Below, in pieces: positions 1-12,945 of a stretch of 64,000 nucleotides of DNA (its first letter is position 1; the number at the start of each line of letters is the position of its first letter). A program made the translations under genes and the position numbers. Source of the DNA: Bilabrum cf. latius (lineage: Eukaryota); the NCBI GenBank assembly GCA_965178125.1, contig OZ237757.1, positions 248,001-312,000 of the forward strand, given 5' to 3'. Under the pieces are notes generated by a model. It saw only the letters and a list, made by a program, of their open reading frames with translations. It searched no databases and was not told the origin of the DNA.

Positions 1-1893
1 GGTCACAGAGCCAGTAACGCCCAGTTGCTCGGCAAGCTGGATGGAGGGGACCCCAAGGCCAAATATCAGCCCAACGATGGTTAAAAACGTCGGTGGACAC
101 AACAGATGCGGCCTATCCGAGGCACAGCATAGGCCCCCTCGGCCTCCTCTGTGCCGGGCAGTCATGCACATAGCATCGCAACCCAAAACTGTGCACGCCC
201 GGTACCCGCAGCAGCAGGCGCATCCTGTGCGTCTGGCCCACATCCGGCAAGACGTGGTCCAGGCCAATACCTCGGAAGATGCCTGAATTCGCTCGTGAAC
301 GCTATCGCCCATTTCTCTTCTCATCGGGCTGGCATTGGGTGAGTGCTTTGTGCTGATGCCGCCACCCTTGTCTTGTTGAATAACTCGATTCGATTTAAAC
401 CGCTTGAATTCTCCGGAGCGACTAGACAAATCTGTTGTGCTGGGCGGTGCAGCAGCTACAGGGCGCAGTTTGCGCGGCACCATGTCCACGTCCGCCTCGG
501 TGATGACACTGTCTTGGCGCTTCGCGTCTGAGGTGGGCTCTAGCGCCGGAGATGGCTGCTCGGAGCTTCCATTCACACGCCGAAGTGAGCCCATCAACAT
601 GTCATGGCCGCTGGTCCATCTCTCAGGAGCGATCTGAACCAGTGATGATGACGACTGCACGGCCATGGTGATGGCCTGATCTGTCACCTGATGCTGGTGA
701 CTTTGAGAACCAGACGGCTGCGAAGGGACCAATAAGCGTGTGCCCGGCGTGGACCATCGCGTGTGCATCCGCATGGTGCTACTTCCGTGTGTAGTTCTAG
801 ACAGACTGACAGCCGGCTAGGTGGCCGGCACGCGACTCTGGCTGTGGACCGTCCCGTGCTCCGATTCCAGCACACACGCATGGTTCTTGATCAGGGATTC
901 CGCTCTCTACTGTGCGGCATACAGCCGCAGATGGCACTCCTCAGCTGACACAGACAAGCCTTTACCGGAAGCACCCGAACTGCGCGCCCGCATCATCTCC
1001 GATGCCACGCACAGCTCCTCCAAACACACCTCTGATGGAAGCACCACGCCCCCGCAGCACCACCACGTGCGCGATGGCACTGCCGCAGGAAGCTGCTGCT
1101 CCTCCAGATCGGTGTGGCTGGGCCCGCCCCTGTCCATTCGGGTGAGGGCGTGCATGGCGGCGTTCAGTGCCGCTCGTGCAGATTGCCGCACCACTGAAGG
1201 AGTCCCATCAAGCAAAATCGTCGAAAACCGTGAGCGGACTGTGCTGCTTGTCTACGTGTCGATTGCATCGCTTGACTTGGGGAGCTGTCGGCTTTGCGGA
1301 TTCAAGGCCGACGCCGAGGAACTTGTCGGCGCCACCCTGTGAGATGCTTCGCTTGCTGCTCGAATGGCACGCTGCAGCAAGCGTGTTGCCGAATCATTTC
1401 TCCTTTTGAATGCGAATGTACTGCTTGACAGAGTCAGTATGGGGATCAGAATTTGGTACACCCCGATAGGCAGGACGAAAAAAACCAACCGCCAATTAAA
1501 GTACTCTGGATTCTGTTCAAAACCACCTTGCGTTACAGCGTCCGATACAAGAACTGGTGCATTGCTGGTGTACATAAAGGACACGCTCCACCGTGTCGCC
1601 GTGCCTACCAGTGCAGCGAGCCACCAAATGCGTGATTCATAGCCACCGCCCATGGTTGCAAAGTACCATCGAAACAGCTGTACGATCTGGGACAGGGCTG
1701 CAATACTGCCCCAATTAATCCCTCGAAGCCACAAATTGCTGGTTGAGCCATCACTGGCCGCGCTGCCAGAGAAGCCGATAAAGGCAGACACTAACAACCC
1801 AATCGCAAGTGATAATACCTGTCTCTGGGATAAACAAACGCTGCCACAAGGACAGCAAGCAGGCCATATATGTATAGGACAGCATCCAACCAT
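1..1893 (-). CDS. Multi-pass membrane protein, unknown family (3' part runs off the window start; start codon uncertain)
   Basis: ORFs 1252..1920 and 907..1215 share a frame that stays open to base 1 apart from TAG at 1252, 907 and 817. It has several hydrophobic segments (LSLAIGLLVSAFIGF, WRLVFFVLPIGVYQILIPIL, FLTIVGLIFGLGV) separated by a long S/T-rich loop. First ATG after the upstream in-frame TAA (1945) is at 1893. Confidence 0.6.
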
Positions 1894-2043
1894 GAAAATA
1901 GTGAGACGGCGGGGAATCAAGCGAGAATGTGTGACACAAGAAGTTTACGTCACGATGATGACCATCGGGGCTTGGCCAATGGTTCCGCATTGTGCGCGGC
2001 GCCGAGATTTGGCCGAACACTGTGGACACGCGACTCTGCTCTA

Positions 2044-5000
2044 TCATTTCCTCTTCTTCTTCCCTTTCTTCCCCTTTTTAGACTTGCCGCCATCCGCAGC
2101 CTCGGCTGCAGCGGCTCCGCCAGTCGCCGCCCCATCCGCAGTCCCCGAGGGACCCGACGCCCCGCTCTCCGCGTCTGCCGTCGTGTCCTCCTCCTCGTCG
2201 ATCGTCTCGCCCTTCTTCAATTTCTTGATGATGCGCCGCAGCCGCGACACCTCCGCCGAGTCGCTCTGCTTCTCGGCCGCATTGGTGATGAGCTTCACGC
2301 GCGCCGCGTACACGAGGGAAGTCTGCGTCTCCTCCGTGTTGTAGTCAGCAGGGGACAAGTTCACGAACATGAGCGTCTTGCTGTTCCCGCCGATCGAATC
2401 CATCATCAGATGCGTCAGCTTGTTGTCCCTGTAAGGCACGTGCCCGCTTGATCCGCTGGACAGCACGGAGATCACGTTGCCCAGCGCGCTTAGGCTCTTG
2501 TTGATCGACTGCGCCTCCCGCAGCCTGTCGGCCTCTGCGCCCGTCTTGTCCACGCGCTCTGAGCCGGCGAGATCCACGAGCGAGATCTTGCCCCTGGCAG
2601 TCTTCTTGCTCTGCTTGTTGTAGGATTCGACCAGCAGCGTGAACACCAGGTGCGATCTCGAAGACTCGGCGTTCATCTTGGTCGAGCCTGTCGCACGGCT
2701 CCCGTTGCCCTCGTGGAAGATAGCGAGAGCCTCCTCGGGCGTCTTGGCCGGCTTGGTGACGCTTCCCTTGACGTATACCAGCTTCTTTGCGTCCAGCTTG
2801 ATGTCGAGCTTGGGCGGTTTGGCGCTCTTCTCCTTGATGTGGTCGTGCATCCACAGCAGGTCGCGCAGGTTGTCGTTGTACAGCTCGATCATGGAGCACT
2901 GCACCGTCACCTGGAGCTGCTTTTCCTTGTCTTCGATCGTGGAGAAGAGCTTCTTGATCGCTCGGGGTGTCACGCCCTCCATCCCAGGGGCTCCCAGCAT
3001 CGTGAACGTCTTTCCCGAGCCCGTCTGCCCGTACGCAAAGATGCACACGTTGAATCCGTCAAAGGCGCCGTTGATGAGCCGCTCCGTGTCCTTGAAGATG
3101 TCCTCCTGCGTGGAACCGGGGCCGAAGCAGCGGTCGAACAGGAACTGCTTGTGGCCTTTATCCCTAATGTCCAGCTGGATTGTGTAGGGGTCCGGGAAGG
3201 CGACCACCTGGTGGCACCCCCTCTCCTGCTCCGACTTGGACATGGGCCTGGCCCTGCAGTACACCCGGATCTTGCCCTTCATGTCCTCCATCTCGTTCCA
3301 GTACTCCTTCCTCAAGATCTGCTCCTTCCTAAGCTCCTTCTCCATTTCCTTGAACCTCTTTTCCCTCGATTTCAGCTCGGCCTCCAGCTCCTTGGCCTTC
3401 TTGGCCTCCTCCCGCAATGCCACAGCCTCCTCCTCGAAGGCACCAAGCGCGGCCACCTTCGCCTTGAGGTCGGCCACCTCTTTCCCGCTCGCCGCTAGGC
3501 TCTACTCCGTCTTCTCCAGGTGCTTTTGCGCCGCCGCCAGGTCCTTCTTGAGAGCAGCCACGGCCGCGTCTGCCTTGGCCTGGATCTGGTCCTTTTCCTT
3601 GTCCCAGGCCTTCTGCGCGTCTGCCATCCTTCGCTCAGCCTTCTCCTGCTGCTTGGCCTGCTCCTGCTTGGCCGCCTCAGAGCCCGCCTCGGCGGCTGCT
3701 TTCTCGGCGGCCCTCAGCTTGGCTCGCATCTCGTCCATCTGCTTCTTCTGCGCCTTTGCCCTCTCCGCCTCCTTCTTGGCGGCGGCCTTGTCACCTCCGG
3801 TGGCGCGCTTCAGCATCGACTTGGCCTTCTCAGCGGCGCCCTCCGCCTCCTTAGTCTTCTCCTGGGCCTTTTTGAGCTTAGAGCGGAGCGCGGACGCTTC
3901 AGCCTCAGCCTTGGCCGCCTTGGCTTCCGCTGCCTCGGCGGCTTTGCGGGCCTTGGAGATTGCCGCTGGGGATGCGGCCGCAGGGGCTGGGGCTGGGGCT
4001 GGGGCTGGGGCTGCTGCCTTCCCGCTGCCACTGCCCGCTGCGGCCATCGCCCTGGCCTCATGAGCATCCTTCTCGGCCTGCGCCAGGCGATCCCTAACGT
4101 CGCTCTCCTGTCTGCGGGCAGATTCCAGCTCGGACGCTTGCTGGGCCAGCTTCGCGCGCGCCGACTCTGCGTCTGCCTCGGCCGCCTTCCTGGCTTCCGA
4201 AAGGCTCTTCATCTGCTCCTGCAGCACGCCAAGCTGCGCCGCAATCGCGCCACCGTCCCCACCCGCGCCACCACCCGCGGGCCCGCCGCCCGAGCTGCTC
4301 GCTGCCAGCTCCACCAGCTGGTGGTCCACAGCCTCGATGAACGTGTCGAGCGCCCGGCGCAGCACCAGCCCGCCCTCCGCCGCATTCAGCGACTCCGCGG
4401 CCGCAACGGCGTCCTCAATGCCGCCCTTGAGCCCCACGCCAGGCAGCGGCTTGCCCTCGCCGTCCACTACGTCGTCTGCAGGCAGCTCGTCAACGAGCCT
4501 CTTGCACTGGTCCTCCAGAGCGGCCCTGCACTCGCGCTTCTGCTTCTGCTGGTACAGTTCCTGCGCCACCGAAATCGTCTCAGTGCACGAGGCTCGCATG
4601 ACGCGAAGGGAGCGAGCCGCGGCCGCCGCCTTCTCGTCCTGGGGGGCAGCAGCGGCGGCCGCGGCAGAGGCTTGCGCCTGTGCCTGGGCCATCTTCGCAG
4701 CCGTCTCTGCCTCGGCCGCATCCGCGCGCGCCTTTGCTAGGGCAGCCTGCAGCTCGCTCACTTGTGCCTCGGCGCGGGCCTTCGCCGCCTCTGCAGCGGA
4801 CAGCGCCTCCGAAGACACACCCCCATCGCCGCCCCTGCCGCCCGACCCACCGGTGGATTCCCCCGAGGGGCCAGTTCCATCACCGCGCGCCCTGTCGGCG
4901 CGCTGGTTCGCGTCGACGAGCTGGCTCCTGAGCGACTGCACTTCTCGCCTCAGCTGCTGCAGCTGCTCGTGGTCCGCCTCCGACATCCCTGCCCCGCTGG

Positions 5001-7002
5001 CAGGGGCAGCAATCCCGCTCGCTGCCTCCACCGCGCCGCCGCCTGCCCTGGGTGTCGCACCTGCTCCTCCTCCAGCTTTCAGCGCGCGTTCCAGCTCGTC
5101 GATCCGATCCTTCACCTCCTGCACGTCGGCTTCCATGGCCAGGTCGCGCTGCTGCTCCTCCCCCAGGGCGGCCTGTGCCTTGGCGGCGGCTTCCTCGGCT
5201 GCCTTGGCTTCCGCTTTGGCCGCCTTGGACTCCGCTGAGGATGCCTTGTAGGCAGCGAACTGGTCCTTGATCTCTAGCTTGGCTTCCGCCGAGGGATCCT
5301 TCCCGTGCTTTGCCTTGTACGCGTCCTGCCACTGCTTGATCCCGTCCTTGAGCTTCTTGTGCTTGTCCTTGAGTGCCTTGGCGTGATCCGCCTTGCCCTT
5401 GGCGTCCCCCGCCGCATCCTCGGAGCCCTGCCTCGCCCTGGATAGGGGACCCTCTCGGAAGGCGCGTTGTTCCCTGAGAAGCTCCTCTAGCCGCTCTCTC
5501 AGCTCCGCCAGCTCGGCCTCGTCCTCTTCCGCCGCCATGCTCTGCTCCACTGCCATGGCCGCGCTGGCAACCGCGGAGGGGGCCGCCGAGGGCGCGCCTG
5601 CAATGGGCTGCACCACGGGAGCTTCCCCGGCCGCAGCAGCCGCAGTGGCCGTCTGCTCCGGCAGCCTCTCCCTCGAAGCAGCCGCCCGTTTGCCAGCTTC
5701 CTCCGCCGCGAGATCAGCCGCCATCGCGTCAGCCTACCCATGCGCGGCCGCGGCTGCGCCTGCCGCCAAAGATGCGCTCCGTCCAGCCTCCGCCCGCGCC
5801 TGGGCCGCGCCTCTGCGCGCCTCTGCCGCCGCCTCCCTTGCCTCATCGGCCTCTCGCAGCGCCTCCTTTGCCTTTTCCTCGGCGGCATCCCTCGCCCTCT
5901 GCGCATTGCGGGCCAGCTCGGCCTGCCCATCCAGCTCCTGCTGCAGCTGCTGCCTGCGCGATTCCGAGTCCTTGAGGCGGCGCTCGGCGCCCTCGAGGGC
6001 TTCCTTGGGAACGTTCTCTCCCGATGACGTCAGTGCGGCGATCCGATCCCTCAGCTCCAGGCTGGCCCGCTGCTCGGCGCGGAGGTGCCTCCTGAGAGAG
6101 GCCTGCAGCACGCCCGCCTCGCCGCGGGCTGCTTCGGACGCCTCCAGCGCACGCAGCAATTCGGCTGCCAGCCTGGTTTTCTCGGTCTCGGCTGCCTGCG
6201 CCTCCCTCGATCGGGCCGCTGCCTCGGCCGCCAGGCGGGCGTCGAGCTCCGCCTTCTCCCTAGTGAATCGCTCCATCGCGCCCTCCCCTTCCTGCTGCGC
6301 TCTGCGCTTTTGCTGGTCCAGCTGCTTCTGTAAGGATTCTCGCTCGCTTTCCAGAGCGCCTGCGCCTTCGCGCCTCACTCTCTCGGCTTCTTCTCGCGCG
6401 CGTCGGCGCTCTTCATCGATCGTGCGACGCGCATCCACCGTTTCGCGGCGCACCCTCGACAAATCTTGGGAGGCGCGGTCCCGTTCGCTTTTAGCTTCTT
6501 CAAGCAAGCGTTTCAACTCCGTAATTCGTGTTTTGGCTTTGTCGCGCAGCTCGCTCATGTGCTTGCTGTAGTATGCCTGCGTTGCATCTTCCTGTCGCTT
6601 GTAGTGCGACACGACGCTCTCCAACTCCGACTGAAACTTCTTTCTCTGTTCGGCCATCTTTCCTTTCATCATGTCAAGGCTGGATCGTGCCAAATCAGTT
6701 GGAATGTAAGACGTTTCCTGCACCTCTGCAGCCGTTGCAGTCGGAGGGTGCGCTCTCGCGTTCGCCTGAGCCATCGTCCCGCGATGCTCCGAGGTAGCTC
6801 TTAACGTGTCATCCTCGCGAAACATGCCGGAGGCATCTCCAGATCCGGCTCCCAAGCCAGCAAGGCGTAACGGCTGGCCCGTCGAATCGAAGCCAGCCCG
6901 GTGGCCACTTGCATCCTCTGCCGTCTTGCTTTCACCGCCATCTAGAGGCGAATCAGAGTCTACGATATCTACAGCGGCCGCTAAGCCCCCATTTGCAGCC
7001 AT
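2044..7002 (-). CDS. Kinesin-14 (C-terminal motor, KCBP-like motor) with long coiled coil, ~1652 aa
   Basis: ORFs 5734..7065, 3502..5724 and 2044..3477 are one frame joined through TAG at 5734 and 3502. Motor motifs KGKIRVYCR, AYGQTGSGKT, NAESSRSH, LVDLAGSER, HVPYRDNKLT at the C-terminus; ends TGA at 2044-2046. Confidence 0.92.
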
Positions 7003-7148
7003 GGCTGCGATACGGTGTGGCTCGCAACGCACGAAGCTGTGCTGGGTTGCGACCACTGGTCGCAACGAAACCGATTTCCCCTCAGAGCGGGTCTAGCACG
7101 ATGTACCAGGATACAGTGGTATCAACCACACATAGCTGTATATATTCA

Positions 7149-9599
7149 TCAAATCGAACCTGATACCTCCCGCAGCACCTTCACGCAGTCCATGTGCCCC
7201 CCCAGCAAAGCCGCCTCCACCGCCGTCACCTGCAGCACCCTCCCGCCATGCTCCAGATCATGCAGCGACTACAACGCCCCCGCCAGACGGCCCAGCACCA
7301 GGCGCTTCCCAAGCTCCAGAGGACGGCCGTCCCGAGCGCTCGCAAACACCCTCCCCGCGTCCCTCTTCGCCTCCACCGCCCGCCTCCAACCCAACAACCC
7401 GCCCCGCCGCCACCCGCACGACAACTCTACCATCGACTGGCACCGACGAGCTGCTCCCGTCCACTCGCCCCCGGGGTCGCTCGACCGCAGCCCGTACCTG
7501 CCCCGGGCCACCAGGCTCGCCTGCGCGTGCAAATCAGTGCACTCGCGGATCAGCCCCCGGGGCGCGTCCTCCCGCTCCATCAGCTCCAGCATGGCCTGCC
7601 CCACCACCACCACCTGCATCGCATTGCCGCTCTCCACGGCGTACCGGAAGCCCCTGCCACAGTAGTCCATGGCCCGGGCTCGGTCCAGGGACGGGTTCTG
7701 GTCCATGTGGCAGAGCATGCGGAGCACGCAGGCGGCTCTCGGCGGCGTGGGAACGTCGGTCATCCAGCGGTAGACTGCACTCGAGTGGTCAGTAGCAAGA
7801 AATTTATCGATCCTAGCCTAAACGGCTGATTGACAATCCCGAAATAACAGCCTTTGCAGGCCTGGGCAGTGTTCTGTGATCGTCTCTAGCACCACTTGGC
7901 ACGAATCCGCACCGAGATCGTACCCATCAATGTAAATCGTACGCAAGAGCGGGTTGTGTTGCAGGGCCAGGCATATCGAGTATACCGACGCCTCTTGCGC
8001 AAGCTCGAGCCAGATCTCTGTGAAATGCGGGAGGTGCCAGAGGATCGCGAGGGAATCCCGCGGACGAGCGTCGCCTGCGTCAGAAATGTACTTGGATAGA
8101 TCGAACTTGCAGGGCGCGTCCTGGATGGACCGCTGTCGCGTCAGCATGCCAGTTGTGCTGAGGCCAGGAACCGGCACGGTGGACTCCCAAACATCAGGCA
8201 GGGCAAGATAGACCAGCACCATGGACTTGCACGCTTCTCGCAAGACTGTCTGTATATCAACGTCCTAGGTGCCTCCGTAGTACTAAGCGAAGTCAACGCG
8301 GCGGAGGGACGAGCTTCTGACTGCCCCAAGCGCAACACGCCCGAAGATGCTGCCTTCTGTGGGATCAAAATCGTCATCGCAAGACAACTTAAAGTCGAGC
8401 AGAGTATCGTTAAGCTCCAGGCCATCTGCAAGAGTCTTGTATGCATCATCCATGCCAGCGTCATCGTTCCAAGCCTCGGATAAAGTGAGCTTGAGCAGGT
8501 TGCACGACTCGAGGCACAGCCCGCGTCCAACCGCCGCCACGCTCGGCGAGTCCACGTGCCCCAGCACCAGCTCTCGCAGGGACGGCGACCTGCCCACGAT
8601 GGACTCCACAAGTTGAGGGCAGTCATCGCCAGCGTGTGCGTTGCAGCTGAGCTTCCTTAGGGGGCACCTCGGGTTGTCCGCAAGCCATGCAACGATCGGG
8701 GCGAGTACGTTGCAGTCCTCATCATATGAGTCTGCCCCGGAGACATCGGTCTCTCGAAGTCGAGTCAAGCGATGCAATGCCCGTGTAAACGCTTTCACCT
8801 CCATTGCATCGCTGCTCGGAAGGCCTTGGAAGCGGAGAACCTGGACTTGACCAGCTGATGGGCAAGCTGCAAGTGCTTCCCAAAATTGCTTACCAATGGC
8901 ACATAAAATTATCAGCGCCTTGAGATGACGTGGTCTTGCCAATAAAGGGACTAATACGCCAGCGTTTAAATCGTTTGCACTCATGGTTTCCACGAGCACC
9001 TCCTCTAGCCCGGCTGCAGCCCCAACCCAGTTTGCAAGAATTTTGAAGCCTGGCTCAATGCCTTCGCTATCGGGTACTGTCAAGTGTACCTTTCGTAGCG
9101 AAGCCAGGCTAGCAGCGCAATCAGTCTGCGTGTACCATTCCGCTGCTAATCCTCGTGGCGCATACATGGGCAACTTTAAGCTGGATAGGGCTTGAGCTTG
9201 CCACAAGAAGCAATGCAAGTGCTTGTGCAGTTCCACGGAGTCTGCAGATAGAAAAGCTCTACAGCAAGATAAATCGAGCTCGTGGAGAGAACGGATTGCA
9301 CCTGAGCCAAGCAGTGCATTCGACATGCGCATGAAGTCACCTTTTTGTGCTCGATGACTCATACTAACGGAGAAATTGTTGCACACGCGAATGAGGTCTA
9401 CAAAGTAGCCACCTGGAAAACAATCGACGCTCACGGCAGTGCGAGAGCACTTGCTGTGGAGCGCATGAACCATCTCGGTGTAGGCTTTGCAGTTCGTCGC
9501 ATCCGAAGCAGATATCCTGCGACTGCGCAATCCCACATCCGTTAAATAGCTTATCTCCATGATAGATGCTGGACACCCGTGATCCTCTTCGTGGCTCAT
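7149..9599 (-). CDS. Leucine-rich-repeat (RNI-like) protein with C-terminal ankyrin-like repeats, ~816 aa
   Basis: ORFs 8283..9599, 7818..8243 and 7269..7763 are in frame via TAG at 8283, 8265, 7818 and 7269. LRR-like LHELDLSCC, LRELVLGHV, LRTIYIDGYDLG; ankyrin-like AVEAALLGGHMDCVKVL; ends TGA TGA. Confidence 0.75.
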
Positions 9600-9750
9600 T
9601 TCGGAACCAACGTGGCTCCGAATTCAGTTGCGCGAATTGTTGCTCAAGGATCATTGATAGTACCTTGCACCCTTGCTGGCATGGCGATATACTACGCAAG
9701 CCAAGCGTATTCCGACGACAAACAAAGAGCAACCAGCAATCGAACCCACA

Positions 9751-12585
9751 TCAGCCGTGCCGAGCCGCCCGACTGGCCCTCCCGGATCTAGTCGTCTTGC
9801 TCGAGCCGCCTCTGTAAGGTGCGCCCCCAACCCCCATCTGGTTCGCAGCCGCAGCCAGCCGATACACCCCGTGGTACTGCTGCCCACCCGCACTTGCACC
9901 CGATCCCCCCGCCGAGTTCCTCTTGGAAGATCCCCCCCCCCTGCTCCTGGACCCCTTGTCTGCCCCCTTGAGTGCGTCCACGTACAGGTGCCTCTCCTCC
10001 GGGGGAATGTCCTCGATCGACCGCACGAACCGGCCCTTGTACCTCAGGCGGGCGCTCGCCAGACGCCTCCTGCACGCGTACTTGACTTTCTTAAACCAGA
10101 CCCGCCTGCGCCTCAGCTCCATGAACCGCTTCACGCGAGCCTGTCTCTACTCCACCGTGTAAGCCCCAATGTAGGGCCTGCCCTTGGGATCCTTTTCAGT
10201 GTCGTACTGCCTCGCAAGCTGGGTCAGGGGCAGCCGCCCCGGCTCCTTCTCGAATGCGCACACCCTCACGGTTCCCAGGGAACAAGTCACCTGGTTGCTG
10301 TTGCCCGAGGAGGAGGAGACCAGCACGCCGTCCACGCGGCTAGCACCGCCCCTGCGCCCAAACATGACTGCCTGCTCCGCCGCCGCTCGACGAGGGACGG
10401 ATCGCTTGCCCCAGCTCGCCGCCACCGGCGCCTGCTGGTCCAGAAAGCCGCTATGGGCACCCCTTGACGCGCGGGTGGAACCAGAGGAGGACGATGAAGT
10501 AGCCTTACCCCTGCCGCCCGATTGCCTGGACGACTTGCCGCCGCTCCTCGAGGTGCCCCCGCTGCCGCTGTGCAAGCCGTTCGGCTGGCCGCGCGGCGCG
10601 CTGGAGGCCTGCGCGTTCGAGTGCGACGGGTGGCCGCGGCCCAACAGCCTGTCCTCTCCGCCTATTCCTGCCCCGCCCCTGTCCGCCGAGGCGGAGGAGA
10701 AGAGGTCGATCGAGCTGCCCTTGCGCCTCCGCTTGAGGTCCGAGGGGGTCCCGAAATCGCGGCTGCTGGCCCTGCCCCTAGACATGGGCAGGCCACTGAC
10801 CCCGAGACCCGAGTCCGAATCCATGCTGTCCTGCCGCGAGCGGCCCCCGCTGCGGCGTCGCTTGCGAGAGCCCACGCCCTCCAACCCACTCCGCTCGAGC
10901 CCAGCTCCGCCGGTGCTGTTCCCCAGGAGGGAGCCCATGGCCTGCTCGTCCGCCTCGCTGGCACTGCCCAGCGAGCCCCTCCTCCTGCGGGCCTGCATGG
11001 ACGACAGCATGGGCGACTTGCCGCAGTGGCTGCCAGCGCCCGGCAGGACGGGGGGCACCGTCGACGGGAGGCGGCCCCTGCCGGCCGCCGCCAGCGACTC
11101 CTTCCGGCTCGCGGCCGCCTGCTTCGAGTCGACCCCGTGCAAAGAATTCATGGGCACCACGTCGGACACGTTGACCTGCTGCCTGCCCTGTGCCTGGCCC
11201 CCGTGGGAGTGCCCGTGGCCGCCCACATCCCCCTGCACGGCTGCAGAGGCGCTCCCGCTGTCCTGCTCCATGCCATGCGTCTGGCTGAACCGCCGCATGG
11301 TGTGCCTCCGGAGCTCTGCCACGGAGGACTCTGCACCCGCTAGCATGGGCAGGCCCATGGCCTGGGCTGTGCCCCGCCCGTCCTGGCTGCCCGACGAGAC
11401 CCGACGCCTTTTCTCGCCACCCATGCCCGAAGGCGACTAGGACGAGGAGACATGCGCTGCTGCATTCATGGCTCCGGCCGATGCGATGTAACTGGAGGAT
11501 AAAGCAGAAGACGAGGACGATGTAGGTGTACCGGAGGGAGGCATGGACGTGATGGCGGCCGGCACAGACGGCGAATGGGCTCCTCCTCCTAGTCCCAAGC
11601 CAATGCCCATCGCGTCACCCATGTCCATTCCCGCCTCCATGCCCATGCGACTGTCGCTGGCGTCCTCATAGCTGGGCTCGTTGATCATGCCTCCGTACGG
11701 GCCCATGCCGCCGATCCCAATGCCAGAGCCCTCCGAGCTCAGGCTCCCGCTGCGCATCCTCCGCCTGGCCGCCTCCATCCTCAGCCGCTGGCCCTGGTCG
11801 AGCTCAGCATCCTCCTCCTCTCCGTCGGGGCGACCCAAGGCCGCGTCCACGATCTGCTGTGCCTGCACCTGCAGGTCGGTGAGCGGGGCTCCACCCTGGG
11901 CCAGTGGCGGCTCGCCCGTCCCCTAGCCGGCGCCTGCTGCACTCCCAGTCGAAGCAGACGTTGCGGAAGAAGATGATCCTGGTCGCGCTGTTCCCTGATG
12001 ATGATGCGCCTGAGGACCGTCGCCAGACAGCGGCGACATGCCCTCGGCGTCCGAGCTGCCGTGCGACGAGCCGGCCGTGGCGCCACCCTTCGCGCCTGCC
12101 GCCCGCGCCGCCAGGATAGGCTCTGTTGCAGTCGATGCGTTGCTCGCGCCTCCTCCCATTTGTTCTGCTTGAGGGGGGGGCACGAGGTGCATGGCGAGCG
12201 CGCTGCTGCTTCCGCCGCCTGGTGCGGAATGTGGTATGTCATTGCCCTAAGCAGCTGCGCTCGCCGAAGATGAGTCCGATAATAAATTTCTGGTATTACT
12301 ACATGAAGAATTGCTGGTGCTAGTCACCAGAGCAACGGCAGGCGCTGATGAAGCCCCTGCCGCCTGTCGAGATGCGGCGTTGTGGCTGCCACTGACGGCA
12401 GCACCTGCTCGGGCAGCTGATGCGCTCTCCCGCACCGCAGCTGCCGCCGATTCGGCCGCAGAGCCAGCGGTACTGCTACTGTTAGTCTGAATAGGCGCAG
12501 ATGAAACAGCACTGGGCGCCTACCTCGGCCGAGAAGCTGTTGAAAACTCGCTCCTGTCCAAATCATCCTGCGACATTGCGCGCAT
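9751..12585 (-). CDS. CCT-domain protein with long low-complexity N-terminus, ~944 aa (alternative start 12576)
   Basis: One frame via TAG at 12520, 12247, 11923, 11437 and 10147. C-terminal IGAYTVE*RQARVKRFMELRRRRVWFKKVKYACRRRLASARLRYKGRFV matches the CCT motif; ends TGA. Confidence 0.85.
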
Positions 12586-12902
12586 TAATTCACCGCAACG
12601 CACAGTCTCGACTCCACGCTAGAAAGCCTCTCCAACTGGCAAATACGATGGAACACCAACATCTGAGTCATTCAACGACCCTAACTGCGGTAACAGAGGC
12701 AGGGTCTAGAAAGCAAAAGGAGCCAATTTCTCCCACTGGTGGACAGTCTTGCTCGCACTGGGGAAGACGAGCCACTGCTAGTTCGTGCAATCTGTAAAGC
12801 CGACTACCCGGTCGTGAAAAAACATGATAGCACTCTTGCTGCGTGGTAGATTGCTGCCCCTATTTCATTCTCAACCACGGTGCTCACATTATCCAGCCCC
12901 AG

Positions 12903-12945
12903 CGATCCGCTCTCTAGAGACCACGATCGCTTTCTAGAAACCACG
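12903..12945. promoter_or_regulatory. Imperfect direct repeat with palindromic cores (TCTCTAGAGA / TTTCTAGAAA, each followed by CCACG); candidate regulatory site
   Basis: Read directly; cores at 12911-12920 and 12931-12940, in the divergent intergenic region between the CCT and TBC genes. Regulatory role is inferred. Confidence 0.35.

Noticed and set aside
2639-6571. Long plus-strand ORFs antisense to the kinesin, and similar shadow ORFs elsewhere (e.g. 10184..11440, 33372..34832, 45329..46873)
   Set aside because: Expected by-products of high GC3 coding sequence; no recognisable domains, and they overlap well-supported genes.
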